The notes: generated from the sequence alone by a model not told the origin. DNA of 64,000 nucleotides from Candidatus Heimdallarchaeota archaeon (GCA_018238155.1 JABCTZ010000022.1:56385-120384), one strand, 5' to 3'. Positions 40,331-51,982 are shown, counted from the stretch's first letter. A program made the numbers and translations.

Positions 40331-40987
40331 TTAATTTCGATTTAGAGTTGGTACCAACGCTTTTAATTCGACCAGTTCTTTGATATAAAGATGGGATTTA
40401 GAGAGTACATCAAATTGCTCTCGAGAAAACATACCTATTCTGCCAATAAAGAGTATATCGCTATTTTGAGCTCGCTCACAATCTTTGAGAGAATCACCAA
40501 TATATACAATTTCTGTTGAACTTAAATCGAATTCTCTCATTAAAAAGTTAAAATGATCTTTGCCTTTTTCAAAGCCCTTACGATAGCCGAGTATGCCATC
40601 AACTTCCAAACCATTCAATTTGCAATATTTCTCGATAATAGGCTGAGTAGTAGAACTAGAAATAGCTACTTTGTAATTATTTGCTCGAAGATAAGTTATT
40701 GTCTCAATTGAATCTTTGAATAGAGGGAGATCGAAAATACCTTCTATTTTCTTTTGCTCAAACTGTTCAATGACTGTAGAGTTATTTTCATTGCCTGGAA
40801 AAAGCATGCCAATTTGTTGTTCAAAAGGCAATCCAGTAGTACTACGATATTGAGTTCTAGCATCCTCCTCTTCTAAAGCATAATATTGAACCATAAGTTC
40901 AACTGCATACCTCTCGAGAGTAGGCATTGTATCCGCAGTGGTTCCATCGAAGTCTAAAGCAATCAGTCTTATCATTGGAAGATACAT
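40331..40987 (-). CDS. HAD-superfamily hydrolase
   Basis: LDFDGT, YIGDSLKD. Confidence 0.88.
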   Translation of the reverse strand: MYLPMIRLIALDFDGTTADTMPTLERYAVELMVQYYALEEEDARTQYRSTTGLPFEQQIGMLFPGNENNSTVIEQFEQKKIEGIFDLPLFKDSIETITYLRANNYKVAISSSTTQPIIEKYCKLNGLEVDGILGYRKGFEKGKDHFNFLMREFDLSSTEIVYIGDSLKDCERAQNSDILFIGRIGMFSREQFDVLSKSHLYIKELVELKALVPTLNRN

Positions 40988-41155
40988 CCATCTATATTCG
41001 ATATCAATTTTTTTAGTAGATAGTTTTCCTTTTGATTCTTTCTAATGAAACGTTCCTTTTTTTATAAAAAACGAAAAACACGGCAAATTAATCTTGAGGA
41101 AAAAATCTAAAAGTAATAATAAGATATTCTGCTAACATACTTGGAGATTAAAAAA

Positions 41156-42163
41156 ATGGCAAAAACAATTGTTATTACAGGTGCAACATCAGGTTTAGGA
41201 TTATCTCATGCGGTATATTTACTATCAAAAGGATATACAGTCTATGGAACGAGTAGGAAAAGAAATCCTGATTTGAATGAATTGAAAGAAATATATTTAC
41301 GAGATCATACAAAGTGGAAGTTTTCTAACAAAGAAAAAACAGAAGTCATAGCTAAAAAAATTCTAGCACCAAAAAAAATCATTGATAATCTAGATGAACT
41401 CCTGGGAAAAATTCAATTCTATAAAATGGATGTCACTTCAGACAAAGAGGTTAATGACATAATTAAAGAAATAAATGAGAAAGCAAAAGAAGAAAATGGA
41501 AGAGGAATAGATGTTTTGATCAATAACGCAGGTATAAGCTTTTTTGAGAGTGCTGAAGGACTCTCAATGGAAAATTGGCAAAAAACATTTGATACGAATT
41601 TCTTCGGTGTTTTACGAGTAGTAAGAGCTGTTCTACCATTTATGAAGGAACGTGGAGAAGGGCAGATAATAAACACCAGTTCTTTAGGTGCACTGATTGC
41701 TATACCATTCCAATCACACTACTCAGCATCAAAAGCAGCTCTAAAATTACTAACTGAAGGATTGCATGTAGAATTAAGACGATTAAATATCAAAGTCTCT
41801 TTACTCTTACCAAGTGATATAAATACTAACTTTAACAAGAATACCGGAAAGCTCACAAGTGATACTTATGGTAAATTGGACTCAATCAATCTCAAAAAGA
41901 TGATAGATAATAATCCAATGGACAAAAAATCGCCACATTTCACGAAAGCTGAAAAGGTCTGGTCAGTAATAATTCAAAATCTGATTGTAATGCCTCCACC
42001 GATTGCAATATCAAGAAAGATACTTAAAATCATCAAAGCAAGAAAACCAAAAGTAAGTTACTTTGGTGGAGACTTCCTACAAGCATTTCTATTATTATTC
42101 GTTAGAAGATTTGTTACAGAAGACTTTACTTACTTAATTTTGCCAAAATACTATGGAATGTAA
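41156..42163 (+). CDS. Short-chain dehydrogenase/reductase
   Basis: TGATSGLG, NNAG, YSASK. Confidence 0.92.
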   Translation: MAKTIVITGATSGLGLSHAVYLLSKGYTVYGTSRKRNPDLNELKEIYLRDHTKWKFSNKEKTEVIAKKILAPKKIIDNLDELLGKIQFYKMDVTSDKEVNDIIKEINEKAKEENGRGIDVLINNAGISFFESAEGLSMENWQKTFDTNFFGVLRVVRAVLPFMKERGEGQIINTSSLGALIAIPFQSHYSASKAALKLLTEGLHVELRRLNIKVSLLLPSDINTNFNKNTGKLTSDTYGKLDSINLKKMIDNNPMDKKSPHFTKAEKVWSVIIQNLIVMPPPIAISRKILKIIKARKPKVSYFGGDFLQAFLLLFVRRFVTEDFTYLILPKYYGM

Positions 42164-42364
42164 GATTGAAGTCCAAGAGGTTTTTTCCTCACAAATTAGA
42201 GGAGAAAATAATTTTTTAAAAAAAAACTCAAACCAAAATTATTTCTGAAAAAAGTAGTGATACTCAGATATAATTCAATGAATAAGATATATTAATCAGT
42301 TAGCTTTCTTGTATTTGCTCTGTTTGGAAGAAAAATCCTCTCAACGCATAAAAGAAGGTCAATT

Positions 42365-43198
42365 ATGATGAAACTTTCAAGTAAGAATATGAAAATAATT
42401 GGATTTGTTTTTACTCTGGCACTAATAGGTTGCTTTAGTATTAACTCAGTTTCTGCAGCATTCACACAACCACCTACGGGTGGAGTATCAGGTACATTCA
42501 AATACACTGATGGCAAAATCTATTGTGGCGTTGCTTTTGTTGCATGGGTACAGCACTACACAAATTGGAGACCATATAAAGATGGCGTATCTCTAAGTAG
42601 TGGTGGTTACGACTATGTAAGTGTTTTAAGAGACAAAGGATATTATGTAATAAGCGTAGCTGATTTTACAGTGAGCAGCTTTTTTAATGGCTTCCAAAAA
42701 GCACTTTGTATCGCAGATTATTACAACACACGTGTTTTTGCAATCTCTAATTCTCACGGTCTCCCAACAGGAGGATTTTGTGCTTATAATGGATATATTG
42801 ATGCTAACATGTTTCTCGTAAAATTATTCAATCCAAAAATAGTATCTAATTCCCGATTAAATTCTTTAGGTCTCAGCTATATGAAAGGAAAACTAAATGG
42901 TGGGATTAAGGAAATCGTTTACTATGTTGCCTCTTGCTTTGCTTTAGGCGGTTATAGTGCAATAGCATCCTCAACTAATTATCGTCTTCCACTTATGACT
43001 TATGCGAGTAAGGGTACAGTATTTGGTGTAGCTTACACTATTGCTAAATATTCAGATGTAAGTGGTTTTCGATATAATTTTCTAAAGAAAGACCAAACTT
43101 TGAAAACTGCCTACAAAAATGCATGTTGGACAATTTTATACAAAATAAAATCTTGGGGCGGTTTTAGATCAAGATATTACATTCTCCCTGAATTATAA
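42365..43198 (+). CDS. Secreted hypothetical protein
   Basis: Signal peptide; basic and aromatic-rich mature part. Confidence 0.7.
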   Translation: MMKLSSKNMKIIGFVFTLALIGCFSINSVSAAFTQPPTGGVSGTFKYTDGKIYCGVAFVAWVQHYTNWRPYKDGVSLSSGGYDYVSVLRDKGYYVISVADFTVSSFFNGFQKALCIADYYNTRVFAISNSHGLPTGGFCAYNGYIDANMFLVKLFNPKIVSNSRLNSLGLSYMKGKLNGGIKEIVYYVASCFALGGYSAIASSTNYRLPLMTYASKGTVFGVAYTIAKYSDVSGFRYNFLKKDQTLKTAYKNACWTILYKIKSWGGFRSRYYILPEL

Positions 43199-43427
43199 TA
43201 TCTCAAGAGGTTAGAATTATTCTAACCTATTTTCTTTTTTTCTAATTAAAGTAGCAGCTTTCACTCCAATGAAATTTTAGTTCCTACCAATTATACTTGG
43301 TATGAAACAATTAACCTATCTCAGCAGTTCTCTACATCTCTTATAATAGATAATTTAAAATTTAAATAGTGAACCTTCCAAGATCATTATTCAAAGCTGT
43401 GTAACTCATGGAAGAAATGAATTTAGC

Positions 43428-44039
43428 TTAAAGGGGAGAGGGTAAAGCTTCACCAAAAAAGCTTATTGTAATTATAATCTGAAATATTAGAAATACAATG
43501 TAATTTACAAGAACAAGAATGTTAATTGAAATTCCTATACTTTCAAAGGACCATTTACTTCTTTGTGAATCAAATGATTTAGAACCAAGAATAATTCCAA
43601 TAATTGTTGGAACAAGTGCAATTCCAACAGCTAAATAACCAATAAAAATGGGTGTAGTAAAATAAAACCAACCTCTTTTGGGCAAACAAAACCAAACAAA
43701 CCAGGCAGGAAAAGCAATTGTTAAAAGTCCAATGAAAAATGATATAATACCAGCTAATGAACGCTTAGAAGGTTTTCTTCGTTCGGAAGGGGAAAACAAT
43801 ATAGTAAAATCTGAAGCTTTACAATAGATACAAAATTTCACTATAGGACTGTTTTGCTGATCACATTGTCGACAAATCTTTCTTTAAGACAATTGGTTAT
43901 TAGTTAGAAACCATTGATCTTTGAACCTCTTGTTACATTCAGAACATATGGATTTTTTGCTTGGAGTAGATTTAAATTCGAAGCCACAAAAATAACAAAA
44001 TCTTTCAGAATTAGCATCAATATCATTTGAAACTACCAT
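43428..44039 (-). pseudogene. Zinc-ribbon membrane protein with an in-frame TAA at 43884-43886
   Basis: ATG at 44039: CYFC...CSEC...LS*RKICRQC...FCIYC followed by TM helices, all in one frame. Confidence 0.7.
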
Positions 44040-44515
44040 TTACCATCTCTCAATAATATTACGAGTGTTTTGTTATATAAACATATAATTGCTGTAAATA
44101 ATTTGGTATTTTTAAGCTAAAAAAAATAACTGTCTCTAATAGAAAACTATATCATAAGTACTCAAATCCCTTCCCATGAAAGGAGGGCTCTTTAACCTTT
44201 AAACAGATATTTTACTATTCTTGAGCCAAAGCTACAATTATACGACTCTTTCAAAATAAACTAATCTAAATTTGGATGTAAGGTACAAAGAAGCAAACAA
44301 TACCAATCTTCAAGAGAATAATAATCTTCCAATATTTATTACCGTTATCCACTAAAATAAATAGCTGCTACAATATTATCATTAGAAATGTAAAGAGACC
44401 AAAAGTGGTATAAAAAATATTCTGAATCTAGTTTCTTTATTTGGAATTTCTATCTCGCCAATTAGTAACAGCAAACTAATTCCATCTAAAAAAATTACTC
44501 AGCAAAAATTGATTT

Positions 44516-46285
44516 TTAGACCTTCCAAGAATCAGTATCATAATCATATAGCTCATGATAGGGAATGAATTTAGATTTGATTATTTTAATAGTGTAGAAT
44601 GATGGGAAGATATTCGAATCGTTGAACACTTTCTCAATTACATTTCTAATAGGGTGTTGATGATTAGCTCCTGGGATAGTTAGGACAATTGAAGTATAGA
44701 CATTCATTTGTCCTAAAAATGAAAATACTCTAAGTTTCTCAATGACTTCAGCCAATTTTTTTTCTTGAGAATATTCAGGCATTGGAATATCAATAATCAA
44801 TATATCTGATCCTAAGCGATTAAAGTTCAGCATAAATGGAGAGAAAGAAAGAACATCTCTTCGCCTGCTTCTGATTTCAATTTGACTTAGAAAATCAATT
44901 TTAGAATCCAATGTTGAATTTTGTAAGTTATTTTTTTCATATAATTTTTCCAATTCATTTATCCTTACAGAGTAACTTCCTTTAGTTAGGAATCGACCAT
45001 TCAATACCGAAAGAAAAAAAAGAAGATTGTAATCAAGTGAAGATTTACTATCTTTGAATTCAGATGAAAAATCTCTTTTCTCATCTGCGAATAAACATTT
45101 TCTTAGATTTTCATCATTTTCATAGATAAATGATTCAAAATTGTTAATCGTGTTTTTGTAAGGGTAAGATGTAATCGTTCCATAATGGATTTTTCTTCGT
45201 ACCAATTGAATACTATAATTATTAATTAAATCCTTCTTTTTGTAATTAGATAACTCTTTGCTTAAATTATCCCTTACAAGATGAGGACAAATGAAAGTAG
45301 GAGAATAGAGAATATTAGTATCTTCATTCTCACCTTGAAACAAAGATTTCAAATAGGGATTTTCAAGTAGTTTTTTAGAAAGTGTTTCGATACTCTTCTT
45401 ATCTTTCAATTCAATATTGATAAAATAATTATGAAGGTTCATTTTTTGAAAATTGATAACAGCTCTCCAAAAAGTATTGAAAGAAGAAGTTAAACCTCTG
45501 AAATGGCTTCTTATAGTTCTTGGATCTACTTTAAGTGTTTTACTTATTTTTCTTGAAGTGCTCTCTTCATAACCTAATTTTAGTAATAATTCAATTATTT
45601 CTACTAATTTCCAATTAACATAAATTGGAGCAATAACATCTTCGACCTTGACTGTTTGGTTTGTAACCCAATTACTGAATGATTTTACTTTGTTTTGGAC
45701 AGAAATATCTTCGATATTAGAATAAAAGTCAAAAACGTTCTTTGAAGAAATATCATTACTAACTAATAGATTAAGTAAACTTAACCATAACTGATAACTT
45801 ACTCCGGCAATTTCCTCAGGAAAAAAATTTGCTATTATATTTACTAGAAATACATTTTTAATTGAGGATATATTTTCAAGTTCTTTTATAAGTAAGAGCA
45901 ATATTATATTAATCATAATATGATCGAATTCTTTGAAGTCTTTTTTATAATAGAGCAAAAAGCAAGACTTGACCATATAGAAATAGAATAGATATTTTTT
46001 AGGTCTAATTTGTTCTTCGTATATCCAATCTGATAAAATCAATCCTTCATTTTCAATTTTTAAACCAACATCTACTCCAATATCTTCATCTATTTTTTTA
46101 ATAGTTATTTCAGAAGGGATTGATAAAGTGTCTTTTATTCCATAATATATTAGAATGCTTTTTGATGTTTTAGAGAGAGAATTAAGAAAAGAATCTTCAA
46201 GTTCTTCATTATTTGAAAATGTTTCAATAGTATCAAGAAAAGATAAAATATCAGTTCTAATCTTCGAAGTCATTTTCATCATCAT
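44516..46285 (-). CDS. Large wHTH / Lrp-AsnC-like transcriptional regulator
   Basis: TSRKISKTLKVDPRTIRSHFRGL HTH followed by INFQKMNLHNYFI (Lrp-like linker) and RAM-like domains. Confidence 0.7.
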   Translation of the reverse strand: MMMKMTSKIRTDILSFLDTIETFSNNEELEDSFLNSLSKTSKSILIYYGIKDTLSIPSEITIKKIDEDIGVDVGLKIENEGLILSDWIYEEQIRPKKYLFYFYMVKSCFLLYYKKDFKEFDHIMINIILLLLIKELENISSIKNVFLVNIIANFFPEEIAGVSYQLWLSLLNLLVSNDISSKNVFDFYSNIEDISVQNKVKSFSNWVTNQTVKVEDVIAPIYVNWKLVEIIELLLKLGYEESTSRKISKTLKVDPRTIRSHFRGLTSSFNTFWRAVINFQKMNLHNYFINIELKDKKSIETLSKKLLENPYLKSLFQGENEDTNILYSPTFICPHLVRDNLSKELSNYKKKDLINNYSIQLVRRKIHYGTITSYPYKNTINNFESFIYENDENLRKCLFADEKRDFSSEFKDSKSSLDYNLLFFLSVLNGRFLTKGSYSVRINELEKLYEKNNLQNSTLDSKIDFLSQIEIRSRRRDVLSFSPFMLNFNRLGSDILIIDIPMPEYSQEKKLAEVIEKLRVFSFLGQMNVYTSIVLTIPGANHQHPIRNVIEKVFNDSNIFPSFYTIKIIKSKFIPYHELYDYDTDSWKV

Positions 46286-46389
46286 ATTATATATCCTTTT
46301 TTAGTATTTGTGTTGTTCGAAAATGAAAAATCAGCAAAATAAAGAATATTTGAGAAGATTCTAGAAATAGCATTTCTTCTCAAATTAAC

Positions 46390-46530
46390 TTAAAATATGC
46401 CTGTACTATCGGTGGCATCGTCTTGAGGAGATATAGGACTAATAGCATCGTCAACAGCTATACCACCAGCTATTAATAAGCTCAACAACATTACAACTAA
46501 TGTAGTTACTTTAGGATTGATTTTCTTCAT
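46390..46530 (-). CDS. Small secreted peptide (46 aa)
   Basis: MKKINPK, hydrophobic core, then acidic tail DDAISPISPQDDATDSTGIF. Confidence 0.6.
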   Translation of the reverse strand: MKKINPKVTTLVVMLLSLLIAGGIAVDDAISPISPQDDATDSTGIF

Positions 46531-46883
46531 CTTGTTCGACCTTTGTTTAATAATGCTAGTGTGTGAATAAAGCACACTATTAAGCTACTCTTCTGAAAGA
46601 GCTATTATTTATAATTATCGTAAAAAAAAACCTTATTTAAAAAATATAATGAGTTATTGTGGACGTCTTAATGACAAAAATACTATTTTCGAGGTTAGCA
46701 AGAAAAATATTTTAAAAAACATTCAGAAAAGAAATTTTTTAGTTAAAAGAACATCTAGGAAAACAACACAAAGAACTAAATTTTTTGACTACTAATGATG
46801 AAACATTGTGCAACCGTTTTCTGATTAAATAGTAATTCAAAATTGATTTCGGTATAAAATGTAGAATTAGTCATAAAAAAGAA

Positions 46884-47304
46884 TCATTCCTCTTCTTGAA
46901 CATTCTTAATCGTATCAAGAAAATACTTTACCTCAATTAGATCAAGATCTATTTCTAATACTTTCTGAATTGCTTCAATTGTTTTTTCAAAAGAACCCAA
47001 TTTTCTATAGACATTTGCTAGATTGTAGAGAACATCGACATTATCAAGTTCAATCTCCAAAGCTCTATCCCAATATTCTAATCCAGTATCAAAATCATCT
47101 TTACCTAAGTAATAGACATTTCTAAGATTGAACCAAGCATAAAAAATGAATAGTAACAAGTTTAATTGTATTTCTCCAGTTTTTTATAGCTCCATCAGCA
47201 TCTCCCTTTTGCCCACATTCTTCACCTTTTTCATAGTATTTCTCTGCTTCAGCGAGTTTTTCCTTTTTCGTTATATGTTTCTTTTCTGTTAAAACGAACA
47301 ACAT
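46884..47304 (-). pseudogene. TPR protein, frameshifted in a T-run near 47145
   Basis: AEKYYEKG...AIKNW / YAWFNL...YNLANVYRKLG: TPR units split across two frames. Confidence 0.75.
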
Positions 47305-47563
47305 CTTTCCATAATTAATATAATGTAGATATTAATTTGTTGAATTTAAAAGCAGATAGACATTAGAGGCTAATGAAAATGCAATTCTTGTTCTAATGAT
47401 ATTATTTGAAAAGCATAATGACAATTCTTCAAAAATTAGAGACGATAAATTTGCTACTATAACCTAAATTTAGACTTTATTCAGTTTTTAATTTAATTTC
47501 AAAATGTTTTTATTTCGATTTAACAATAACATATTATCCAATAGGATTAGAGAGAGAATAGCT

Positions 47564-48070
47564 ATGAATGAAACAAGTTACTGCCCCAACTGTGGCGCTG
47601 AAGACAATGATGGAAATATTTTTTGTGGTTCCTGTGGAATAAATATGAAAGAAGGTATGAAACCACCTCAGCCTACTCAAACCATATCTACTACACCATA
47701 CACAACACCTCAAGAGCAAAATATACCACCACAGCAAACTACGCAAAGAATGTATTCGACTAAATTTGTACCAAAACCCCAAGCAAATACTCCAACAACA
47801 CAAGGAACATTTGGGTTAATATTGAGCATAATTACTTTTTTTGGTCTTTCATGGATAAGCTGGATCATCAGAATTGACAGAGCCTATATTGTAGTAATCT
47901 TTTTTGTTATCGGAATTACAGCAATAATTATGTCTGGTCGTTCAATTAAGAACCATAAAACAAGGGGTACTGTGGGATTAATTTTAGGTATATTAGGAAC
48001 ATTGCCAATTTTAGGTGCATTGTTCATTATTGTAATATATCATTTGCTTATGGCAGTTACCATGATTTAA
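47564..48070 (+). CDS. Zinc-ribbon membrane protein
   Basis: YCPNCG...FCGSCG, P/Q/T linker, three TM helices. Confidence 0.8.
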   Translation: MNETSYCPNCGAEDNDGNIFCGSCGINMKEGMKPPQPTQTISTTPYTTPQEQNIPPQQTTQRMYSTKFVPKPQANTPTTQGTFGLILSIITFFGLSWISWIIRIDRAYIVVIFFVIGITAIIMSGRSIKNHKTRGTVGLILGILGTLPILGALFIIVIYHLLMAVTMI

Positions 48071-48300
48071 GCAGAATGAACTGATAAAAAAAACAACAGA
48101 ACTGAAGTACTCGAATCATATCATTGAGTATTTCTTCAATTTTCTAATGGGAATTATTCCTACGATATGATATTCGAGAATTACAGAAAACTATGCGTCT
48201 CTGTGCTAAATGTTGACAATTCACTCGATTTTCAAATCATTAAACCTGAAAGTAAATGAAAAAAAGTCATAAAGGCAATAAATAAAAAAAATAGAAAGGA

Positions 48301-48319
48301 TAGCACCCATTGAGTGCTA
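48301..48319 (-). terminator. Hairpin followed by a U-rich tract downstream of the AOR gene
   Basis: TAGCAC...GTGCTA inverted repeat followed by T-rich sequence on the minus strand. Confidence 0.45.
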
Positions 48320-48332
48320 ATTAAGTATAATC

Positions 48333-50549
48333 TTAGTCTTGTAAGTCTTTTATGAAAGGCATGACCTCTTTAACCAACCATTCTGGCCAGAGTTCTTTTG
48401 CCTTATCAACTTTAATGACAGCAGACTTGTGGTTCCATCCACGTTTCTCGTAGACAACATCTTGAAGCTTGTTGTAACGCTCTACTCGATCCTTTCTTGT
48501 GAGAGCATGGCGTTCTTCAAGAGGCATTTTACGAACTTCTTCAACACTTTTACTGAGAATCTCGGCTAATTGACCATCATAACGATCAAGGCGGGATTCA
48601 TATTCCTCAAGAGTAACAGGTCCTACAGAACGGTAGGGAGGATCACTATCATCGGCTCTTCTACCATGACCTAAACGAACATTGAAAACTCGTTGGAATT
48701 GATAGACACGTTCGCTCATGTGGATCAAACTCATTTCACGTTCTTCAGGAGTTTTACCCATTGGAACACCTGTCATTGACTCATACAATTGAGCATAATA
48801 CTGAATGTGTTCAGGAACTTTGTGAGGTTCAGCAGTCTCTTTATTGTTTGCGGGAACTACATCGTTCCACGGGAGTTTACAAAGTCCTTGTATTGCGAAC
48901 CACGTTCTCCAGTATGGGAACCATGCTAGTGCATTTGCTTTGTCTTCGAATGTTGGCATATAGTTGTGCACTTGGTCAAGGAATATTAACCATGCTTCAT
49001 CGTGTTGTGGTCCTTTTAGAGTAAAGCCGTAGCCACCTTGTTGAGCTAGCGATTCTTTTGTAATATATTCTGAATACTCTAGTCCTTTGTGTTCCATACC
49101 GATGTCTTGTATGAATTTCTCTTGATCTGGAGTTAGGTTATAGTTTTCTTTAAAGTATGCTTTCATCTTCTTGATGCCTTTGCCGAATATTCCTGCGAAT
49201 CCTTTGTCTTCTTTTGCTATTCTATGTAGTACTTCCATAGCATTTTCCCATTCGCCGAATTTCAGTTCTAGTCCATCTGTTCTTTCTTTGTTTAGTATTC
49301 CTGCTTCATAGCATTCCATTACGAATCCCATTGAAGTTCCATAGCTAATGGTATCTAGTCCGTAAGTATCACAGTAAAAGTTTATTTCAACTACATGTAG
49401 TGGATCGAACACGCCGATGTTGCTTCCACAACCTGCTATGGTCTCATATTCTGGTCCATCAACCATTACCATTTGTCCTTTGTATGGTCCTGTTTCCAGT
49501 TTGAAACCTTCTACACAGTGTGCACAGTTTATTGCGCATCCCCGCCAGCATCCGTCCCATCCTTTTCCGGTGTTGGTGAAAATCTTCTCATATGCGGGTC
49601 CCCATAGCGCTTCATCTTTTCCGGTGTCATCTTTCCCATATTTGAAATTATACGTTGGCAGTAGATCAAATTCACTCATTATTGATGGTAAATGTGCTGT
49701 TCCCAGTACTCTCATTCTGTTTTGAGATTCATCTAGCTTTAATATTTCACTTGAGTGGCTTCTTCCTGCTTGTTTTTGTCCTTCTGGATTCTTTGGATTA
49801 TTTGAGGCCATTTTTATTGATGGTGAGTGTGCTACTAACGCTACGATATTTTTGTCTCTGAAGACAGTTCCTGTTCCACCTCTTCCTGCTTGTTTTAGAT
49901 GGTTTAGTTTTCTTTTTGTATCGTACCATGAAAAGTTTAGACATCCAAAATAGGCATTGTCTGCTCCTGGTCCTGCAGATACTACTGAAACATACAGTTT
50001 ATCATCTTTGCCTGTTTCTTTATTCGTTACTGAGTATTTATCTGTTAATTGTTCTGCAAGCAGATGTGATTCTATTGGTAGGTCTCCAGCTGGTTCTATC
50101 CACACTTTTCCTACTGTTCCATCGATAACTATTACAACTGGTTCTTTTGCTTTTCCGGTTATTTCTAGTGCATCAAACCCTGAGAATTTCATCCATGGAC
50201 CGAAAAATCCACCGACATTTGAATCAATAATTATGTCTGTAAGTGGTGAAATTGCTGTTACAATTGATTTTCCTGCACCAGGGTATCCTAGTGTTCCTGC
50301 GCAAGGTCCTGCAGATATACACAAAGCATTTTCAGGATCATTCCATTTTATCACTTTATCCTTTGGCAGACTATTCCACATTAACCAGAGGTCATATCCT
50401 TTTCCACCAATGAATATATCTCTTACTTTTTGCGGGATGTCTTTCTCTACTATGGATAATTTTGAAAGATTTATGTGAAGGGATTTATCTGTGTATCCTT
50501 GCTTCACTTCTTTTGGTTTGTACTCCATTTCAGCTATTTTTTTTGTCAT
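48333..50549 (-). CDS. aor: Aldehyde:ferredoxin oxidoreductase family (W-pterin)
   Basis: FIGGKG, SPLT...DSNVGG, AGRGGTG, CWRGCAINC, GPEYET, CDTYGLDTIS, GLCKLPW. Confidence 0.92.
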   Translation of the reverse strand: MTKKIAEMEYKPKEVKQGYTDKSLHINLSKLSIVEKDIPQKVRDIFIGGKGYDLWLMWNSLPKDKVIKWNDPENALCISAGPCAGTLGYPGAGKSIVTAISPLTDIIIDSNVGGFFGPWMKFSGFDALEITGKAKEPVVIVIDGTVGKVWIEPAGDLPIESHLLAEQLTDKYSVTNKETGKDDKLYVSVVSAGPGADNAYFGCLNFSWYDTKRKLNHLKQAGRGGTGTVFRDKNIVALVAHSPSIKMASNNPKNPEGQKQAGRSHSSEILKLDESQNRMRVLGTAHLPSIMSEFDLLPTYNFKYGKDDTGKDEALWGPAYEKIFTNTGKGWDGCWRGCAINCAHCVEGFKLETGPYKGQMVMVDGPEYETIAGCGSNIGVFDPLHVVEINFYCDTYGLDTISYGTSMGFVMECYEAGILNKERTDGLELKFGEWENAMEVLHRIAKEDKGFAGIFGKGIKKMKAYFKENYNLTPDQEKFIQDIGMEHKGLEYSEYITKESLAQQGGYGFTLKGPQHDEAWLIFLDQVHNYMPTFEDKANALAWFPYWRTWFAIQGLCKLPWNDVVPANNKETAEPHKVPEHIQYYAQLYESMTGVPMGKTPEEREMSLIHMSERVYQFQRVFNVRLGHGRRADDSDPPYRSVGPVTLEEYESRLDRYDGQLAEILSKSVEEVRKMPLEERHALTRKDRVERYNKLQDVVYEKRGWNHKSAVIKVDKAKELWPEWLVKEVMPFIKDLQD

Positions 50550-50778
50550 TCTTTCTTTCACCATCAAGTGTTTTTTTATTTTTTTCTCATTCTTTCTTTT
50601 TGACTTGTTTTTTCTCTTAGTCACATACAATCAACAATCGCTTAACTTTAAATCTTATGGCACCCATTCGATAGGTTTCTCAAGACATAACGCTTTCTCT
50701 TTTTTAGCAAAGTTTTAAGCGACAAATTTCCTTTAAACTTTAATACGTTCAATGTGATAATGTATAAGAGGTTTATTA

Positions 50779-51954
50779 ATGGAGAAGAAATTTAAGAAAA
50801 TTGAAATTCATAATTGTCATACCCACACTTTTCTGTATGAGGATGTCCCATCTAAGTTTTTACCTCTTCGCTTGATTCGAGTTCTAGCCAGAAGAGGTTG
50901 GAGTATTGCTCGATTTCTAAATAAAATCGACCTTACAACTGATGGTGATGTTTATGATCGCTATGCTAATTTTATTCGAATAATGAAATGTCCCACCCAG
51001 GAGCAAACTTTCGAGTATCTCACAAGATTTTATCCAAAGAACGCTAGATTTGTTATTTTAGCTATGGATATGCAATTTATGGGTGCAGGTAATGTTGGAA
51101 GAGATTATACTAAACAACTTGATGAGCTTTCAGAATTGAAGAAGAAGTATCCTGATAGAGTTTATCCCTTTATTGGTGTTGATCCTCGGAGAGCTAATAT
51201 TGAAGATCTTGTTAAGGAGTACATCGAAGATCATAATTTTTGTGGGATTAAACTTTATCCTCCTTTAGGTTATTTCCCTTATGATTCTACTTTAATGCCA
51301 ATTTATCATTACGCTCAATCACATGGAATTCCTATTATTGCTCATTCTTCAAAGAGTGGTCCTATTTATTGTCGTTTTAAGAGAAAGGAACTCATTTCTA
51401 AAATCAAAAGCGAACTTGATCCTAGCACAGGTATTCAACCACGCTTTGATGGTAAGAGTAGAAAGGAATTGTGCAACTATTTCACTCATCCAAAGAACTA
51501 CAAAGTTCTTCTTAATAAATTTGAAGGCTTGAAAGTGTGCTTGGCACATTTTGGTGGTGCATCTCAATGGCAGAAGTTTCTCAATCCGTCTACAATTGGT
51601 GTCTGTGAGAAGATGAAGAAGAAAGAGTACAAAAATATTGATACTGATGAAGACTGGTTTTCGATTATCTATGACATGCTCAAAGAGTATAAATCACTCT
51701 ATACAGATATCTCCTTTACATTAAATAATAGAGACTATTTTCCTCTACTGAAAGTCTTGTTATCAAATGCTAAAGTTCGAGAGCAGATTCTTTTTGGGTC
51801 TGATTTCTTCATGGGTGAAGTTGAAACCTCAGAGCGTTCTTTTGGTATTGATCTCCATGGAATTTTAGGAACAGATGATTTTGAACTCATCTCTCAAACC
51901 AATCCCCGATTATTCCTTAGAAATTGTTTACGTAAGCCCAAAGCTTCAAAGTGA
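50779..51954 (+). CDS. Amidohydrolase_2 family protein
   Basis: CHTH, GIKLYPPLG, LAHFGG, YTDIS, LFGSDF. Confidence 0.88.
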   Translation: MEKKFKKIEIHNCHTHTFLYEDVPSKFLPLRLIRVLARRGWSIARFLNKIDLTTDGDVYDRYANFIRIMKCPTQEQTFEYLTRFYPKNARFVILAMDMQFMGAGNVGRDYTKQLDELSELKKKYPDRVYPFIGVDPRRANIEDLVKEYIEDHNFCGIKLYPPLGYFPYDSTLMPIYHYAQSHGIPIIAHSSKSGPIYCRFKRKELISKIKSELDPSTGIQPRFDGKSRKELCNYFTHPKNYKVLLNKFEGLKVCLAHFGGASQWQKFLNPSTIGVCEKMKKKEYKNIDTDEDWFSIIYDMLKEYKSLYTDISFTLNNRDYFPLLKVLLSNAKVREQILFGSDFFMGEVETSERSFGIDLHGILGTDDFELISQTNPRLFLRNCLRKPKASK

Positions 51955-51982
51955 TGGGATTCTTTTATTGAATCCCTATTTT

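Noticed and set aside
47120-47165. TPR gene frameshift as an intron
   Set aside because: One extra T in a T-run explains it; no stem structure.
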